Notes: generated from the sequence alone by a model not told the origin. A stretch of DNA of 64,000 nucleotides from Sulfolobales archaeon HS-7 (GCA_019704295.1 AP024596.1:1952001-2016000); one strand, 5' to 3'. Positions 22,592 to 33,503 are shown, counted from the stretch's first letter. Made by a program: numbers and translations.

Positions 22592-23362
22592 TCACGTAAA
22601 GACTATTTTCCCCTCTTTGCTCATTCTTTCTAACACTCTTATTACGGTTTCCCTATCCGCGTTGTACGTCTTGCAGAAGTCGTCTATATCGAATATGTTA
22701 CCGTGTGTTGTTATATAAAATAAAACGTCAGTTTCGCTTATTGGATTATAACTTTGAATATGTCCTTCTGTAGATGGGACGTGAGGGAATGTATTAGATA
22801 TTTCTTGTAACTTAGTCTTCATCTGATCTTCAGCTAACTTTGACGCTTCTTCGTATATTTGTCTCGCCTGCTGATCCATTATACTTAATGAAGAAGTATC
22901 AATAATTGGGATTTTAGAATTAGCAACTATCTCATTTAGATTACTATTTAGGTTCTCAAAACCTATTGCAAGCTCTGGTACTGCCTTCTTCACCTTATCG
23001 ACGATTAGAGATATAGCCTTTGATGTTGAATAGAGATTCATCCCTATTTCCTGCATAGTCTGAGCTTTCTCTAGTCTTAACCTTATTTTCTCTAACGTGA
23101 GGTAAGCCGTATAAACGATCTTAATCATATTCCTTAGCTCCGCTATCTCCTGAGCGTATATTGATGCTCTAAGCTTATCTTCATCTAAGTGGGCTACCTT
23201 TAACCTTCTGAATAGCTCCTTATCTCTCTCCTCTAATCTTCTCTTAACACCGTCAAGCTTGTCCATCTGTTCGCTGATAGCAGCTTGGACCCTTGTTATA
23301 ACCTCAGGTAGATTCCCTCTTCTCCCTCCGCCAGTCATCCTCTGGAAAAAATCCCTTATCAT
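22592..23362 (-). CDS. cdvB: Cell division ESCRT-III protein CdvB
   Basis: Snf7 coiled coil (RLEERDKELF...ASIYAQEIA), MIM2-like FPHVP, C-terminal wH. Confidence 0.92.
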   Translation of the reverse strand: MIRDFFQRMTGGGRRGNLPEVITRVQAAISEQMDKLDGVKRRLEERDKELFRRLKVAHLDEDKLRASIYAQEIAELRNMIKIVYTAYLTLEKIRLRLEKAQTMQEIGMNLYSTSKAISLIVDKVKKAVPELAIGFENLNSNLNEIVANSKIPIIDTSSLSIMDQQARQIYEEASKLAEDQMKTKLQEISNTFPHVPSTEGHIQSYNPISETDVLFYITTHGNIFDIDDFCKTYNADRETVIRVLERMSKEGKIVFT

Positions 23363-23380
23363 TTTCTCCTTTCCCCGCGA

Positions 23381-24073
23381 TTAACTCGGCGTTACTTTCA
23401 CAGGTATGGGCATCTGAAACTGCGCCTCCTCTTTCTTTTCCGAGGCCGACGCAATGGGCTTTACATCTAGACTATCCTTATCTATCGATTCCATCTTGTC
23501 TAATGTCTTTCTTATGTCGTCTTTCTCTAAGGAGTATGCATCTCTTGACTGTCTCAGAGCGTCGACAGATAGCTTATATGACGTTTCTGGAACTTCATTA
23601 GAAATATAATTCATCTTTAACATAGCAAGCGCTTTTTCTATATGTAGTAATTGATCGTCGATCTCATTAATTTTGCTCTTAAGCTTGTTTTTAAGCTTTA
23701 CGTAATCGTCTTTTAATTTTAACGCCTCTGTGTCTAGTTTCCTTTTCATCTCGTCGTACATTCCCTTCGAAATGTCTCCTTTACCATACAGTTCCTCCAA
23801 AGCTCTTTGCCTTCTTCTTGTCTTCTCCATTAATGTCATAATTCTTATCGCATCTGCCTTCCATTCAGGGAGGACATAAACTTTTTCATCCTCTGCTCTT
23901 AGCATAGAGGGTTCTAATGTTACCACGTCTTTACCTACTATAGCCTCAATACCAGTTACTGTTCCGTCAATCTCAGTGTAAACATTAACTATTAGTCCAA
24001 ACTCCCTCCCATAAATATCCTTAACCTTCTGACCTACATACTTTGATATTTCATCCGAGGATAATATTGGCAT
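23381..24073 (-). CDS. cdvA: Cell division protein CdvA
   Basis: PRC barrel YVGQKVKDIYGREFG, coiled coil, C-terminal PIPVKV; probable start ATG 24073. Confidence 0.93.
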   Translation of the reverse strand: MPILSSDEISKYVGQKVKDIYGREFGLIVNVYTEIDGTVTGIEAIVGKDVVTLEPSMLRAEDEKVYVLPEWKADAIRIMTLMEKTRRRQRALEELYGKGDISKGMYDEMKRKLDTEALKLKDDYVKLKNKLKSKINEIDDQLLHIEKALAMLKMNYISNEVPETSYKLSVDALRQSRDAYSLEKDDIRKTLDKMESIDKDSLDVKPIASASEKKEEAQFQMPIPVKVTPS

Positions 24074-24221
24074 ATGAACGATCCTCAATTTGTTCTTGCC
24101 TATAGGTTTGTTTTTAAGGATTATTCCTAGAAAAGCCTCAGCAGGTCCCAGAACATCACCGGTAAGTGCTTTTAACCTTCATCATAGGCTCATTATTCCT
24201 TACGAATTTCTAGCTTTTTAA

Positions 24222-24500
24222 ATGAAACTAGACAATATCATTTACAGTATGTCGCTTGAAACACTTCAAGGTTATCTCCATAATGTTACAGGGTTTGTGC
24301 ATAATATCAACTTAAGTGGTATCTCGAACATTCTGATTTTACTAGGTTTTTCATTACTGGTTCTGCTGTTTTTCGCTTTATTGATTTATGGTATGGTAAG
24401 GGCCTTTTCATCTGTGCCTAATATGACAACTAAACAGTTCATTGGACTCCTAGTTTTGATAGGTGCTACTCTATTACTAATCGGACTACTGCTTCCCTAA
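24222..24500 (+). CDS. Small membrane protein
   Basis: Two hydrophobic helices. Confidence 0.65.
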   Translation: MKLDNIIYSMSLETLQGYLHNVTGFVHNINLSGISNILILLGFSLLVLLFFALLIYGMVRAFSSVPNMTTKQFIGLLVLIGATLLLIGLLLP

Positions 24501-25756
24501 AGATAAAGTGCGTTCTTTCCTAAATATTTTAACTCGTATAACTTTTCTAACGTGAGAAGTCTGTTATATTTTGATATCCTCTCCCCTCGTGCCGGTGCTC
24601 CAGACTTTATAAAATCTGATGACAAACCCACAGCAAGATCTGCGACGTAGTTATCCTCTGTATCCCCGCTTCTATGGCTTACGATAGTTTTAATGTTATT
24701 TCTCTTTGCTAGTTCGACGAAGTCAAAAGTTCCCGACAGCGTACCTATCTGATTCGGCTTAACAATAACTCCCTTCGTGGCTTTCCCCTTTATTCCCTCA
24801 GTAAGATAAACACTATTCGTCGCATATAGATCATCTCCTACAATTATCGTCTTCTTTAAATTCTTCTGTAGTTCAGTAAAAGAGTCCATATCGTTCTCGT
24901 GAAATGGATCCTCTAAGTAGAGTAAAGGATATTCATCGACTAGTCCCCTGTAATAGTCTAGTAATTCGTCCTTTGAGAACTCCTTATCATCTAAAACGTA
25001 AGCTAATTTTTCTTTATAGTAAAATTCACTTGCAGCAGCATCCATTCCCATGGCTATTCTACCATCAAATCCTGCATCCTTAATAGACGAATATACTAGA
25101 TTTAAGGCTTCCTCTGTTCTACTGAGAGGTGGAGAGAAACCCCCTTCGTCTGCAACAGAGGTAAATATCGGTCCGAATTTTTCTTTAATTTTCCCCTTTA
25201 ACTTATGGTATACAAGCGATGATGCCTCTATTGCCTCCTTAAATGTCTCAAAGTTGAAGGGTATAATCAAGAACTCCTGAATCCTTAAGTTATTTCCTGC
25301 ATGAACTCCTCCATTGATAATGTTAAGAAGAGGAACTGGAATTGTTCGAGCGAATTTCCCACCAATATAAAAGAAATAGTCTACACCCAACTCTAAGGAT
25401 GCAGTACGAGACGCAGCTAATGAGGTAGCTATAGCTACGTTTCCTCCTATCTTGCTGAAATTATTCGTTCCGTCTATATCCTTTAGTATTTTGTCAATAT
25501 TCCTCTGGTCTGTAACATTAACGCCTTTCAGAGCAGGTTCAACATAATTTTCAATTACCCTTAATGCATTGTTAAGAGTGATACCATTAGAATCTCTTAA
25601 CTCAAAGGCCTCTTTAGAACTTTTAGATTTTCCTGCAGGAGCGTCCGCGTACGCCGCATAACCACTTTTCGTTTTAACGAAGACTCGTAAAGTTAGATTT
25701 GCTCTCGAATCTATTATTTCCACGCCGATTATCGAATCTATTTGATACTCGTTCAT
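24497..25756 (-). CDS. eno: Enolase
   Basis: IIDSR, DEGGF, VKPNQIGTL, SHRSGDTED, GAPARGERISKYN. Confidence 0.95.
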   Translation of the reverse strand: MNEYQIDSIIGVEIIDSRANLTLRVFVKTKSGYAAYADAPAGKSKSSKEAFELRDSNGITLNNALRVIENYVEPALKGVNVTDQRNIDKILKDIDGTNNFSKIGGNVAIATSLAASRTASLELGVDYFFYIGGKFARTIPVPLLNIINGGVHAGNNLRIQEFLIIPFNFETFKEAIEASSLVYHKLKGKIKEKFGPIFTSVADEGGFSPPLSRTEEALNLVYSSIKDAGFDGRIAMGMDAAASEFYYKEKLAYVLDDKEFSKDELLDYYRGLVDEYPLLYLEDPFHENDMDSFTELQKNLKKTIIVGDDLYATNSVYLTEGIKGKATKGVIVKPNQIGTLSGTFDFVELAKRNNIKTIVSHRSGDTEDNYVADLAVGLSSDFIKSGAPARGERISKYNRLLTLEKLYELKYLGKNALYL

Positions 25757-25811
25757 ATTTCTCCTTCCGATAGTTTATTATGTTATTTCGGGTATTATTT
25801 ATTGTCCTTAC

Positions 25812-26117
25812 ATGATAGAGGATTCGTTTATATTCATCGTCCTAATAACGTTTACACTGATCACCCCTTTATATTTTCGGTTACTTTACGGAAAACTAAG
25901 TAACGTAAAGGCGTTCGCGTTTGCATGGACTACGGCCTTTTACTACATTTCATATATTTTCAATTATGGCGTAATCCCAGCTTTCATCGCGTTAGTATTA
26001 CTAAACGTAAGTTCATACTTCCTTATCATAAAAGAGCACATTACCTTAATTTCTACCGGAATAATATTTTTATTAACTATATGTGTTTTGGTCATAATTT
26101 ATTATGTATTGCTGTGA
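25812..26117 (+). CDS. Small membrane protein
   Basis: 101 aa with about four hydrophobic segments. Confidence 0.65.
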   Translation: MIEDSFIFIVLITFTLITPLYFRLLYGKLSNVKAFAFAWTTAFYYISYIFNYGVIPAFIALVLLNVSSYFLIIKEHITLISTGIIFLLTICVLVIIYYVLL

Positions 26118-26129
26118 TCCATAACATAT

Positions 26130-26456
26130 ATGGCTAGAGGTAAAAAAACCCAAGATAAGGGAAAATGTCCGAGTTGCGGAAAGGAAGACGTTAAACCCAC
26201 TAAGACGTGGCAGTTAATATCTCCTCTTCCTGATGCTAAGGGGAGGATAACCATAACAGTAATGGGTTCTTATGTCTGCGAGCAATGTGGATATCATTGG
26301 AAAGGGGTAGTGTCTAAAATTAAGGCAGGGGGCAGTTCTGTGGAAATCGAGGGAAGGAAAGGTGTTAAACAGGTTGGAGAGGAGGATGAACAAGACAGGG
26401 GCTTTGTAATAGAAATAGACGCTGACAACTTGGGTGAAGATGACGAAGAAGAGTGA
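26130..26456 (+). CDS. Cren7-like Zn-ribbon protein with acidic tail
   Basis: CPSCG...PTKTWQLISP...MGSYVCEQCG; resembles the Cren7 P-K-W-L-P motif. Confidence 0.7.
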   Translation: MARGKKTQDKGKCPSCGKEDVKPTKTWQLISPLPDAKGRITITVMGSYVCEQCGYHWKGVVSKIKAGGSSVEIEGRKGVKQVGEEDEQDRGFVIEIDADNLGEDDEEE

Positions 26457-26871
26457 TGTAGCAGTAGTGGTATTGGTTTTGGTCATTTACCTAGCGATAC
26501 TGACAGGACTGGTAAACCCAGCTACTGTAGACGGGGTTTCAATGTATCCTATATTCCAGAATGGTTCATTAGTATTTTATGATCCGGGACACAGTAATAT
26601 ACAGTTATATTCGGTAATAATCTACAGGTCGCTTCAAAATACACCAATAATTCACAGGGTGATCGGGATTCGCAGAGTAGACAGCATTCCTTACTATATA
26701 ACGCAAGGTATAGATAAAATAACCAATCCGCTACCCGATAACGTAGTTGGCTTTGAAAGCAGAGAGGGTGCACCTGCTAATACCGTGATAGGAGTGGTTA
26801 TTAGCGTTGGAGGAATCCAAATTAGCATTCCCTACTTAGGATACATATCCATGCTGTTTTATGGAATTTAA
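26440..26871 (+). CDS. Signal peptidase I (Sec11 type)
   Basis: N-terminal TM, GVSMYP, IIHRV, IPYLGY. Confidence 0.88.
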   Translation: MTKKSDVAVVVLVLVIYLAILTGLVNPATVDGVSMYPIFQNGSLVFYDPGHSNIQLYSVIIYRSLQNTPIIHRVIGIRRVDSIPYYITQGIDKITNPLPDNVVGFESREGAPANTVIGVVISVGGIQISIPYLGYISMLFYGI

Positions 26872-26948
26872 TTTATAAGGGAAAATGAGCTTAATTGAAC
26901 TGAACAATATTTTAATTAATTAAGATACTCTAATAATTATAAGACAAT

Positions 26949-28454
26949 TTATAGTGTGACATTTTCCCCTCTTTCCCTTCTCTTTAGAACTCTATATGTG
27001 GGAGTTATAGTAGTGGGCTTGTTTGCATATACGTTATCAATTCTTCTCACTGACGTGTTATAAGGACTCATCCTAATTTTTTCAGGTTCTTTTCTAGCCG
27101 TTTCCATTATTTTTCTTAAGGCTTCCGCAAGTAGTTCTAATGCGTATAAAGGTTCGCCTTCTGTAGGTTCTATCATTATAGCCTCCTCTGCTAGTTGAGG
27201 AAAATATATGGTAGGGGCGTATATACCATAGTCCAATATTGATTTAGCTATATCCTCTGCACTTACACCATAGGAGTCCTTGGCGTTTTTCGCTGAAAAA
27301 ACCACCTCGTGCTTTCTTATTCTGGAATTGTTAGGAAAAAGGGTGAGGCCCTCTACTCCCTTTAATTTTGTAATTAAGTAATTTGTGGCAAGAGTACTCA
27401 TTATAGCCACGCTCCTAACCCCCTCGCCTCCAAGCCCTAATAAATAAACGTAAGCTCTAACTAGATTGCCCACGTTACCGAAGTATGAAGACATCTTTCC
27501 TATAGTTTTCTCTGGTTCTTTAATTAAAATGCGATTATCCTGTTTTATTAATACCGGGGAAGGTAAATAATCTGTTAATTCGTTCTTAGCGCAGACTGCT
27601 GCAGCTCCAGGTCCTCCCCCTCCATGTGGAACAGCAAAGGTCTTATGAAGATTAAGGTGAACTATGTCAAAGCCCATATCTCCCGGTCTTACAATGCCTA
27701 ATATTCCGTTTAGATTAGCGCCGTCATAGTATAGCTTTCCGCCTTTTTCGTGAACTACCTTTGATATTTCCAATATATTTTGCTCGAACAGTCCTAGCGT
27801 ATTTGGATTAGTAAGCATTAGTCCCGCTGTTTTATCACTTACTATATTTTTTAAAATATTTAAGTCCAATAAACCTTCCTCGTTCGATTTTACATATATT
27901 ACCTTAAATCCTGCCATTGATGCACTAGCAGGATTAGTGCCGTGTGCAGTGTCTGCAACTAAAATCTCGTCCTTATTAATACCATTATCGATGTTTAGCT
28001 TCTTGATCATCAGCACGCCAGCTAACTCACCAGAACTACCTGCAGGAACGGCAAGACTGCATCGATCCATTCCTGTAAGTTCTTCAAAAATAGTCTGAAG
28101 TTCATATAAGGTTTCAAGTATTCCCTGAACTGTACTAGGATCCTGTGAAGGGTGAAATGTCTCGACAAGTTCTTGTCCTATAACCTCTGCTTTAGGGTTA
28201 TACTTCATAGTACATGATCCCAAGGGCATGATTCCGTTATCAACTCCAAAATTCATTTGAGAAAGTCTAATGAAGTGTCTTACTACTTCGATCTCATGTA
28301 AACCAGGCATATTAACTACGGTCCTTTTAAAAGCTCTAGATTTTACATTTGAAGCAACGTCCGGTACATCCTCTTTGCTTATAAGAAATCCATTGGTTCT
28401 AGTATCCCCTATCTCATGAATTAAAGGTTCCTCCCATCTTGCTTGTTTCCACAT
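26949..28454 (-). CDS. gcvPB: Glycine dehydrogenase (P protein) subunit 2
   Basis: PLGSCTMKYNP, AHGTNPAS, HLNLHKTF, PHGGGGPG. Confidence 0.95.
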   Translation of the reverse strand: MWKQARWEEPLIHEIGDTRTNGFLISKEDVPDVASNVKSRAFKRTVVNMPGLHEIEVVRHFIRLSQMNFGVDNGIMPLGSCTMKYNPKAEVIGQELVETFHPSQDPSTVQGILETLYELQTIFEELTGMDRCSLAVPAGSSGELAGVLMIKKLNIDNGINKDEILVADTAHGTNPASASMAGFKVIYVKSNEEGLLDLNILKNIVSDKTAGLMLTNPNTLGLFEQNILEISKVVHEKGGKLYYDGANLNGILGIVRPGDMGFDIVHLNLHKTFAVPHGGGGPGAAAVCAKNELTDYLPSPVLIKQDNRILIKEPEKTIGKMSSYFGNVGNLVRAYVYLLGLGGEGVRSVAIMSTLATNYLITKLKGVEGLTLFPNNSRIRKHEVVFSAKNAKDSYGVSAEDIAKSILDYGIYAPTIYFPQLAEEAIMIEPTEGEPLYALELLAEALRKIMETARKEPEKIRMSPYNTSVRRIDNVYANKPTTITPTYRVLKRRERGENVTL

Positions 28455-28455
28455 C

Positions 28456-29796
28456 CTATTCCGCCACCTTCCGTATCATGTAGTCGATCATCGACTTTAG
28501 GTGAACTTCCGTAACACAGAATAATGCCACGTTGTCTTTTAATTGCAGACCTCCATGTATGCCGTTTTTAAGAAGTTTCTTATGTATCTCGTCATAATCT
28601 GTATTGAATAGTATAGTAAATTCTTCGAAGAAATCACTCTCAAGGTAAGGTTCTATTCCCCTTATCTCAGTAAGTCCTTTAAAAGCGTAATGGGCTCTAT
28701 TATATATTTCCCTAGCCAGTTCGCTGATTCCTTTTCCTCCAAGTAAGGAGAGATAAACTGCATTGGCTAATGCTATAAGAGCCTCGTTTGTGGTTATATT
28801 CGAAGTAGCTTTTTCTCTTCTTATGAATTGCTCCCTAGTTTGGAGTATTAAGGTAAATGCTCTATTATTCTCCACGTCTTTGGTAAGCCCAACTATTCTG
28901 CCCGGTAGCTGCTTAATTAATTTCTGTTCCCATCTCGTTGCAATAATTCCATTTAGAGGACCACCAAAATTCATCGGAATTCCTAGCTCCTGACCGTCTG
29001 ATACTGCAATATCCGCCCCATATTCGCCTGGCGACCGCAGTAATCCTAGACTTACTGGAGATACGCCTATTATTTTCAGAGCGTTATATTTCTCGGCTAA
29101 TTCGAAGACGTAATCTATATTTTCTTCTATAACTCCAAAGAAGTTTGGCTGTTGAATATATATTGCAGCTGTATCTTGCGACATTTTTTTCTCTATATCC
29201 TCTAGTATCAGTTGTCCACTACGATCGATATCTGCCTCAATAACTCTAATACCTTTACCGCTAATCCATGTTTTAACTACTTTAAGGTGACGTGGATTAA
29301 CAGATTTGGGAACAATGACAGTTTTTCTACCCGTTATCCTATATGCCATTAATAAAGCTTCAGCAAGAGCTGTACCCCATTCGTAATGTGACGACGTTAC
29401 TACATCCATTTCGAAGAGATCGGCAATAAGACTTTGATATTCAAATAAAGCTTGAAGGATGCCCTGTGACATCTCCGGCTGATAGGGCGTATATGAAGTA
29501 TAGAACTCTTGTCTGCCTAATATTTCCTTTATTACTTTTGGTGTATAATGAGGGTAAATTCCTCCTCCTAAGAAGGGGGGCATGATTAACTTAGCGTTTT
29601 TCTCCTTCCTATTATCTATTAAGTTTTGGATCTCATACTCCGATAATGGTTCCTGTGGTAATGAGGTGAAACTATTAACGAATTTGACGTAGGGAGGTAT
29701 GTCAGAGAATAGTTCCTCCGTATTAGCAAGACCTATTACTTTTAACATTTCGTTTATTTTAGATAAATTAGGCATCCACGGATGGAAGTCCAGCAT
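28456..29796 (-). CDS. gcvPA: Glycine dehydrogenase (P protein) subunit 1
   Basis: YTPYQPEMSQG, LQTREQFIRREKATSNI. Confidence 0.95.
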   Translation of the reverse strand: MLDFHPWMPNLSKINEMLKVIGLANTEELFSDIPPYVKFVNSFTSLPQEPLSEYEIQNLIDNRKEKNAKLIMPPFLGGGIYPHYTPKVIKEILGRQEFYTSYTPYQPEMSQGILQALFEYQSLIADLFEMDVVTSSHYEWGTALAEALLMAYRITGRKTVIVPKSVNPRHLKVVKTWISGKGIRVIEADIDRSGQLILEDIEKKMSQDTAAIYIQQPNFFGVIEENIDYVFELAEKYNALKIIGVSPVSLGLLRSPGEYGADIAVSDGQELGIPMNFGGPLNGIIATRWEQKLIKQLPGRIVGLTKDVENNRAFTLILQTREQFIRREKATSNITTNEALIALANAVYLSLLGGKGISELAREIYNRAHYAFKGLTEIRGIEPYLESDFFEEFTILFNTDYDEIHKKLLKNGIHGGLQLKDNVALFCVTEVHLKSMIDYMIRKVAE

Positions 29797-29838
29797 AATG
29801 TTATAACCTCACTTTACGCTATTTAACGTTGTATTTCT

Positions 29839-30879
29839 ATGAATACAACACCTCTCATTGAATTTGAGGAAAAGTTAGGGGCTAGTACTGGTGAATTTGC
29901 AGGTTGGACAATGCCTATGAGTTATAGAGGATATAAAGAGGAGCATATGGCAGTAAGGAACAATGTAGCACTTTTCGATATATCGCACATGGGAAGAATC
30001 ATTATTGAGGGAAAAGAGGAAGAACTTCAATACCTTTTAGCTGGGCTTGTAGGAGAGAGTTCGTTAAGAATGTACGGTCCGAACGCGTTTCTCAATGATA
30101 AGGCGACTTTCTTAGACGATGTCATGGTGTATAAATTAGCAGAAAATAGATGGTTGATAGTGACAAATGCTGTAAATAGAGAAAAGGTAATTGATTGGAT
30201 AAGAAGGAATTCCTCATTGAACGTGACAGATGCAACATTTGATTATTGCATGCTCGCCTTACAGGGTCCAAACAGTACGCGTCTAATTGGTAATGACGAA
30301 ATGTCTCGATTACAATTTAAGGTTAATGTGAAAGTTTTTGGAGAAAATGTCTTTATTTTAAGCCGATCCGGATGGACGGGAGAGGATGGGTTTGAATTAA
30401 TACTGAAACCCGATGCTGCCCATCAAGTAATGAGTAAAATGGTTCACGAGAAGGTGGAATTGGCAGGTTTAATAGCCAGAGACAGCTTAAGGCAAGAAAT
30501 GGGTTTTGTGCTATATGGCGAGGATATAGATGAGTCTACAAACCCTGTAGAAGCTAGATACTGGCTTTATTCATTAGAAAAGGAATTTATAGGAAGAGAA
30601 GCGATACTATCGATTTTAACTTCTGGAGTCAGTAGGATTAGAGTGGGGTTTAAATTTGAAAGAAATGAAAAAATTGTTCCTAAAAAGGACGGCAGTATAA
30701 CTGTAAGAGATAAGAAAATAGGTAAAATAACTAGCGCTACTTACTCTCCCTTTCTTAGCAGACCAATAGGAATGGGATATATCAACTCAACACATGCCTT
30801 GTTCGGACTTAAAGTTGAACATGAGCACAGGGGGAAGAAGTACGAAGTTAAAATCTCGGATTTCCCATTAATTAAGTGA
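29839..30879 (+). CDS. gcvT: Glycine cleavage aminomethyltransferase T
   Basis: FAGWTMP, FDISHMG, RSGWTGEDGFE, ARDSLRQEMG. Confidence 0.94.
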   Translation: MNTTPLIEFEEKLGASTGEFAGWTMPMSYRGYKEEHMAVRNNVALFDISHMGRIIIEGKEEELQYLLAGLVGESSLRMYGPNAFLNDKATFLDDVMVYKLAENRWLIVTNAVNREKVIDWIRRNSSLNVTDATFDYCMLALQGPNSTRLIGNDEMSRLQFKVNVKVFGENVFILSRSGWTGEDGFELILKPDAAHQVMSKMVHEKVELAGLIARDSLRQEMGFVLYGEDIDESTNPVEARYWLYSLEKEFIGREAILSILTSGVSRIRVGFKFERNEKIVPKKDGSITVRDKKIGKITSATYSPFLSRPIGMGYINSTHALFGLKVEHEHRGKKYEVKISDFPLIK

Positions 30880-30884
30880 TAGTA

Positions 30885-31295
30885 ATGAGTGACCAGGTTA
30901 AAGTCGGGAACTACGTTTTGCTTAAAGATCTATACTATACTGATTCTGACGAATATGTAAGAATTGAGGGGGATGTTGCAGTGGTAGGAATAACCGATTA
31001 TGCACAAAAGAAGTTAAGGGATATAGTGGGGGTGGATTTGCCAGAAACTAATAGGAAAGTATCAAAGGGGGATCCTGTGGCCACAATCGAGTCAGTAAAG
31101 GCAGCTGCTGATATTCTCTCACCATTAAGTGGTGAGATGATCGAGGTTAATGACGAACTAAGGGCTTCACCAGAGATCATAAATCAAGATCCGTATAATA
31201 AGGGATGGCTTTTCAAACTTAAGATACTTAATTCTAACGAGATCTCCGAATTGTGGAAATGGGAGAAATATGCGGAAAAAATAAAAGGTGACTAA
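30885..31295 (+). CDS. gcvH: Glycine cleavage H protein
   Basis: GITDYAQ, IESVKAA (lipoyl Lys), DPYNKGW. Confidence 0.95.
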   Translation: MSDQVKVGNYVLLKDLYYTDSDEYVRIEGDVAVVGITDYAQKKLRDIVGVDLPETNRKVSKGDPVATIESVKAAADILSPLSGEMIEVNDELRASPEIINQDPYNKGWLFKLKILNSNEISELWKWEKYAEKIKGD

Positions 31296-32037
31296 AACGG
31301 AAAACGTTCAATACATAGAATATGAAAGACCTGTTCTCCCTAAGATTTCCTTCATGATTATTGGAATTCCGGATGCGGGACTTGTAGGAGAAATAGCTAC
31401 CGAATATCTTATAAGAACTCTAAATATGAAAGAAATAGGGGAGATCGACGTAAAGTCGAATTCTCTACTTGTTGTGAATGTAAATAACGGAATTTCAAAA
31501 TCGCCTATTCGGGTATTTCATACCGGCAATATAGTTGCCGTCAACTCTTGGTCCCCAATTCCTCAAGAACTTATAATACCCATTACTGAAAAATTGTTGG
31601 AAACTTCGCAACTACTAGGTGTTACCGAAACTATTTCCATAACTGGATTACCAGTACAAAACAGGTTAGACATTCAGTCCCCCTCCCTCTACTGGATTGC
31701 TAGTAGTAAATTACTCGCTTCCTCCTTAGAGAAATTAGATAGTATAAAGAAATTCGATGAGGGATATATTGTAGGCCCATACGCAGGAATACTCCTTGAA
31801 TCTAGAAGGAGAAACATTTCAAACCTTGTCATAACGGCCGAATCCTTTCTCGATTTACCAGATCCTGAGGCAGCAGCCGCTTCACTCAATTTCCTATCCT
31901 ACTATACTGGCACGAAAATAGACGTAGAACAGCTATTAAAAGAAGCGGAGGACGTCAGGGCTAAAATAAAGGAATTAATGAGTCAAACTAGGAAGCAGAT
32001 CGTTAACTATCAGCAAAGGCCATTTACTTATGCGTGA
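31288..32037 (+). CDS. PAC2-family proteasome assembly chaperone
   Basis: GIPDAGLVGEIA, PDPEAAA. Confidence 0.88.
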   Translation: MTKTENVQYIEYERPVLPKISFMIIGIPDAGLVGEIATEYLIRTLNMKEIGEIDVKSNSLLVVNVNNGISKSPIRVFHTGNIVAVNSWSPIPQELIIPITEKLLETSQLLGVTETISITGLPVQNRLDIQSPSLYWIASSKLLASSLEKLDSIKKFDEGYIVGPYAGILLESRRRNISNLVITAESFLDLPDPEAAAASLNFLSYYTGTKIDVEQLLKEAEDVRAKIKELMSQTRKQIVNYQQRPFTYA

Positions 32038-32408
32038 TCGTTATGCCAGCTTATCGAGAGTTCTGGGATCCTGAAATTGAAATAAGATTGCTACTGCACA
32101 GAATGGAGGAAATGAGAAAATTAGCTGAGAGATTAAGGAATAACATGTTATATATCGAGGGAGAGGAACCACTCTACTCGTTTCATGAGACCGAAAAAGC
32201 CTACGTATTCATAGTGGATGCACCATATTCGAATACGTGTGATATTAGGGCTAAAATTGAGGATAGAAAACTTCTAATCAGTATAACCAAGGGAAATAAC
32301 GTTTTATATAGGTTGATCTTATCTTTATCCTCCGATGCCGACACCTCTAAAATTGAGATTGATCGCGTAAAGTGGCTCATACGAATTGTAATTCCCAAAA
32401 TTGAATAA
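32034..32408 (+). CDS. Hsp20/alpha-crystallin-like protein
   Basis: EPLYSFHETEKAYVFIVDAP...LIRIVIPK. Confidence 0.7.
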   Translation: MIVMPAYREFWDPEIEIRLLLHRMEEMRKLAERLRNNMLYIEGEEPLYSFHETEKAYVFIVDAPYSNTCDIRAKIEDRKLLISITKGNNVLYRLILSLSSDADTSKIEIDRVKWLIRIVIPKIE

Positions 32409-32502
32409 TCCTTATATATCGACTTTCAATAAGACTTCTTCAGAATATAAATACCTTTATAAACAGCGTTAAAGATAATATAAGCTAGATAAGGGAGCTA
32501 TT

Positions 32503-33489
32503 TTGAGGAGTTCAGAACAGACCAAGGAACAGAGGGATATTGAGGCTAGAAAGGTTCAAAAATTGGGTTCATCTTCACTATTTGTTACATTACCGAAGAA
32601 ATGGATTAACAAGTGGAATATTAAGCCTGGAGACAAAGTTATTGTTGAGGTCGATTCTAACGGGGTACTAAAACTTGTAGCGGAAAAAATAAAGACCGGC
32701 AGTGGCAAAAGAGCTGTTATTATAGACATTGACTCCTCAAAGCAAGACGTGGAAAATATTTTGTTATGCATGTATTCCTTAGGATATGATGAAATAATTC
32801 TAGAATCAAAAAAGCCACTATCGCAGGAAGAACTTGAAGAAATAATGGAGGCGATAAAACAGATTAGTGGATTAGAAATTACGGAAATGTTTGGAACCAA
32901 AATTAAAATCGAATGTTTACTTGACAGCGATAAAATCGGAGAAGATTCCCTCTTAAGGAGGATGTTAAATATTGTTGCTAAGCAAATAGAAGACGCGTTT
33001 AACTCTAAACAGGATGAAGTTTTATCTCTTGCAGAGGAAATGCATCGTATATACCTTATTTTTTCCCGAAGAATACTAGGGAAATCTAACTATACTGAGT
33101 CACAAAAAGTTAGAGATACGATACTCTACTCAACAGCCTCCTTACTATATCAGTTGTCTAACACTTCAATTCAAATAATTAATTATCTTGATGAACTAAA
33201 AGGACAAGACAAAGAGAGTATAAATCAACTAGTATCAAAGATTAATAATACATTAGATGAAATTGTAATGAGTCTAATATTTCCTAGCGTTAAGCGAATA
33301 AATAACGCAATAGAATTAGTTAGAGAAATCAAGGAAATAGCCAAAGAATATGTATCGAATAAACCATTCTATATTTTCCTCACAAATTTAACTTCTCTAT
33401 TCGAGTTTCACGTGAGAAACTCCTCATGCGTCATGTACTTGGAGGAGTTCCCATGGATGGAGAAACTCATAACCTCAAATAGCTCCTAA
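32503..33489 (+). CDS. AbrB/SpoVT-PhoU family regulator
   Basis: RKVQKLGSSSLFVTLPKKW N-terminus followed by helical PhoU-like domains. Confidence 0.85.
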   Translation: MRSSEQTKEQRDIEARKVQKLGSSSLFVTLPKKWINKWNIKPGDKVIVEVDSNGVLKLVAEKIKTGSGKRAVIIDIDSSKQDVENILLCMYSLGYDEIILESKKPLSQEELEEIMEAIKQISGLEITEMFGTKIKIECLLDSDKIGEDSLLRRMLNIVAKQIEDAFNSKQDEVLSLAEEMHRIYLIFSRRILGKSNYTESQKVRDTILYSTASLLYQLSNTSIQIINYLDELKGQDKESINQLVSKINNTLDEIVMSLIFPSVKRINNAIELVREIKEIAKEYVSNKPFYIFLTNLTSLFEFHVRNSSCVMYLEEFPWMEKLITSNSS

Positions 33490-33503
33490 GAGTGTGATAA
33501 GAA

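Noticed and set aside
24075-24200. aCcr1-type box in the cdvA promoter
   Set aside because: No convincing match to the motif as I recall it; only a TATA-like CTTAAAAA is visible.
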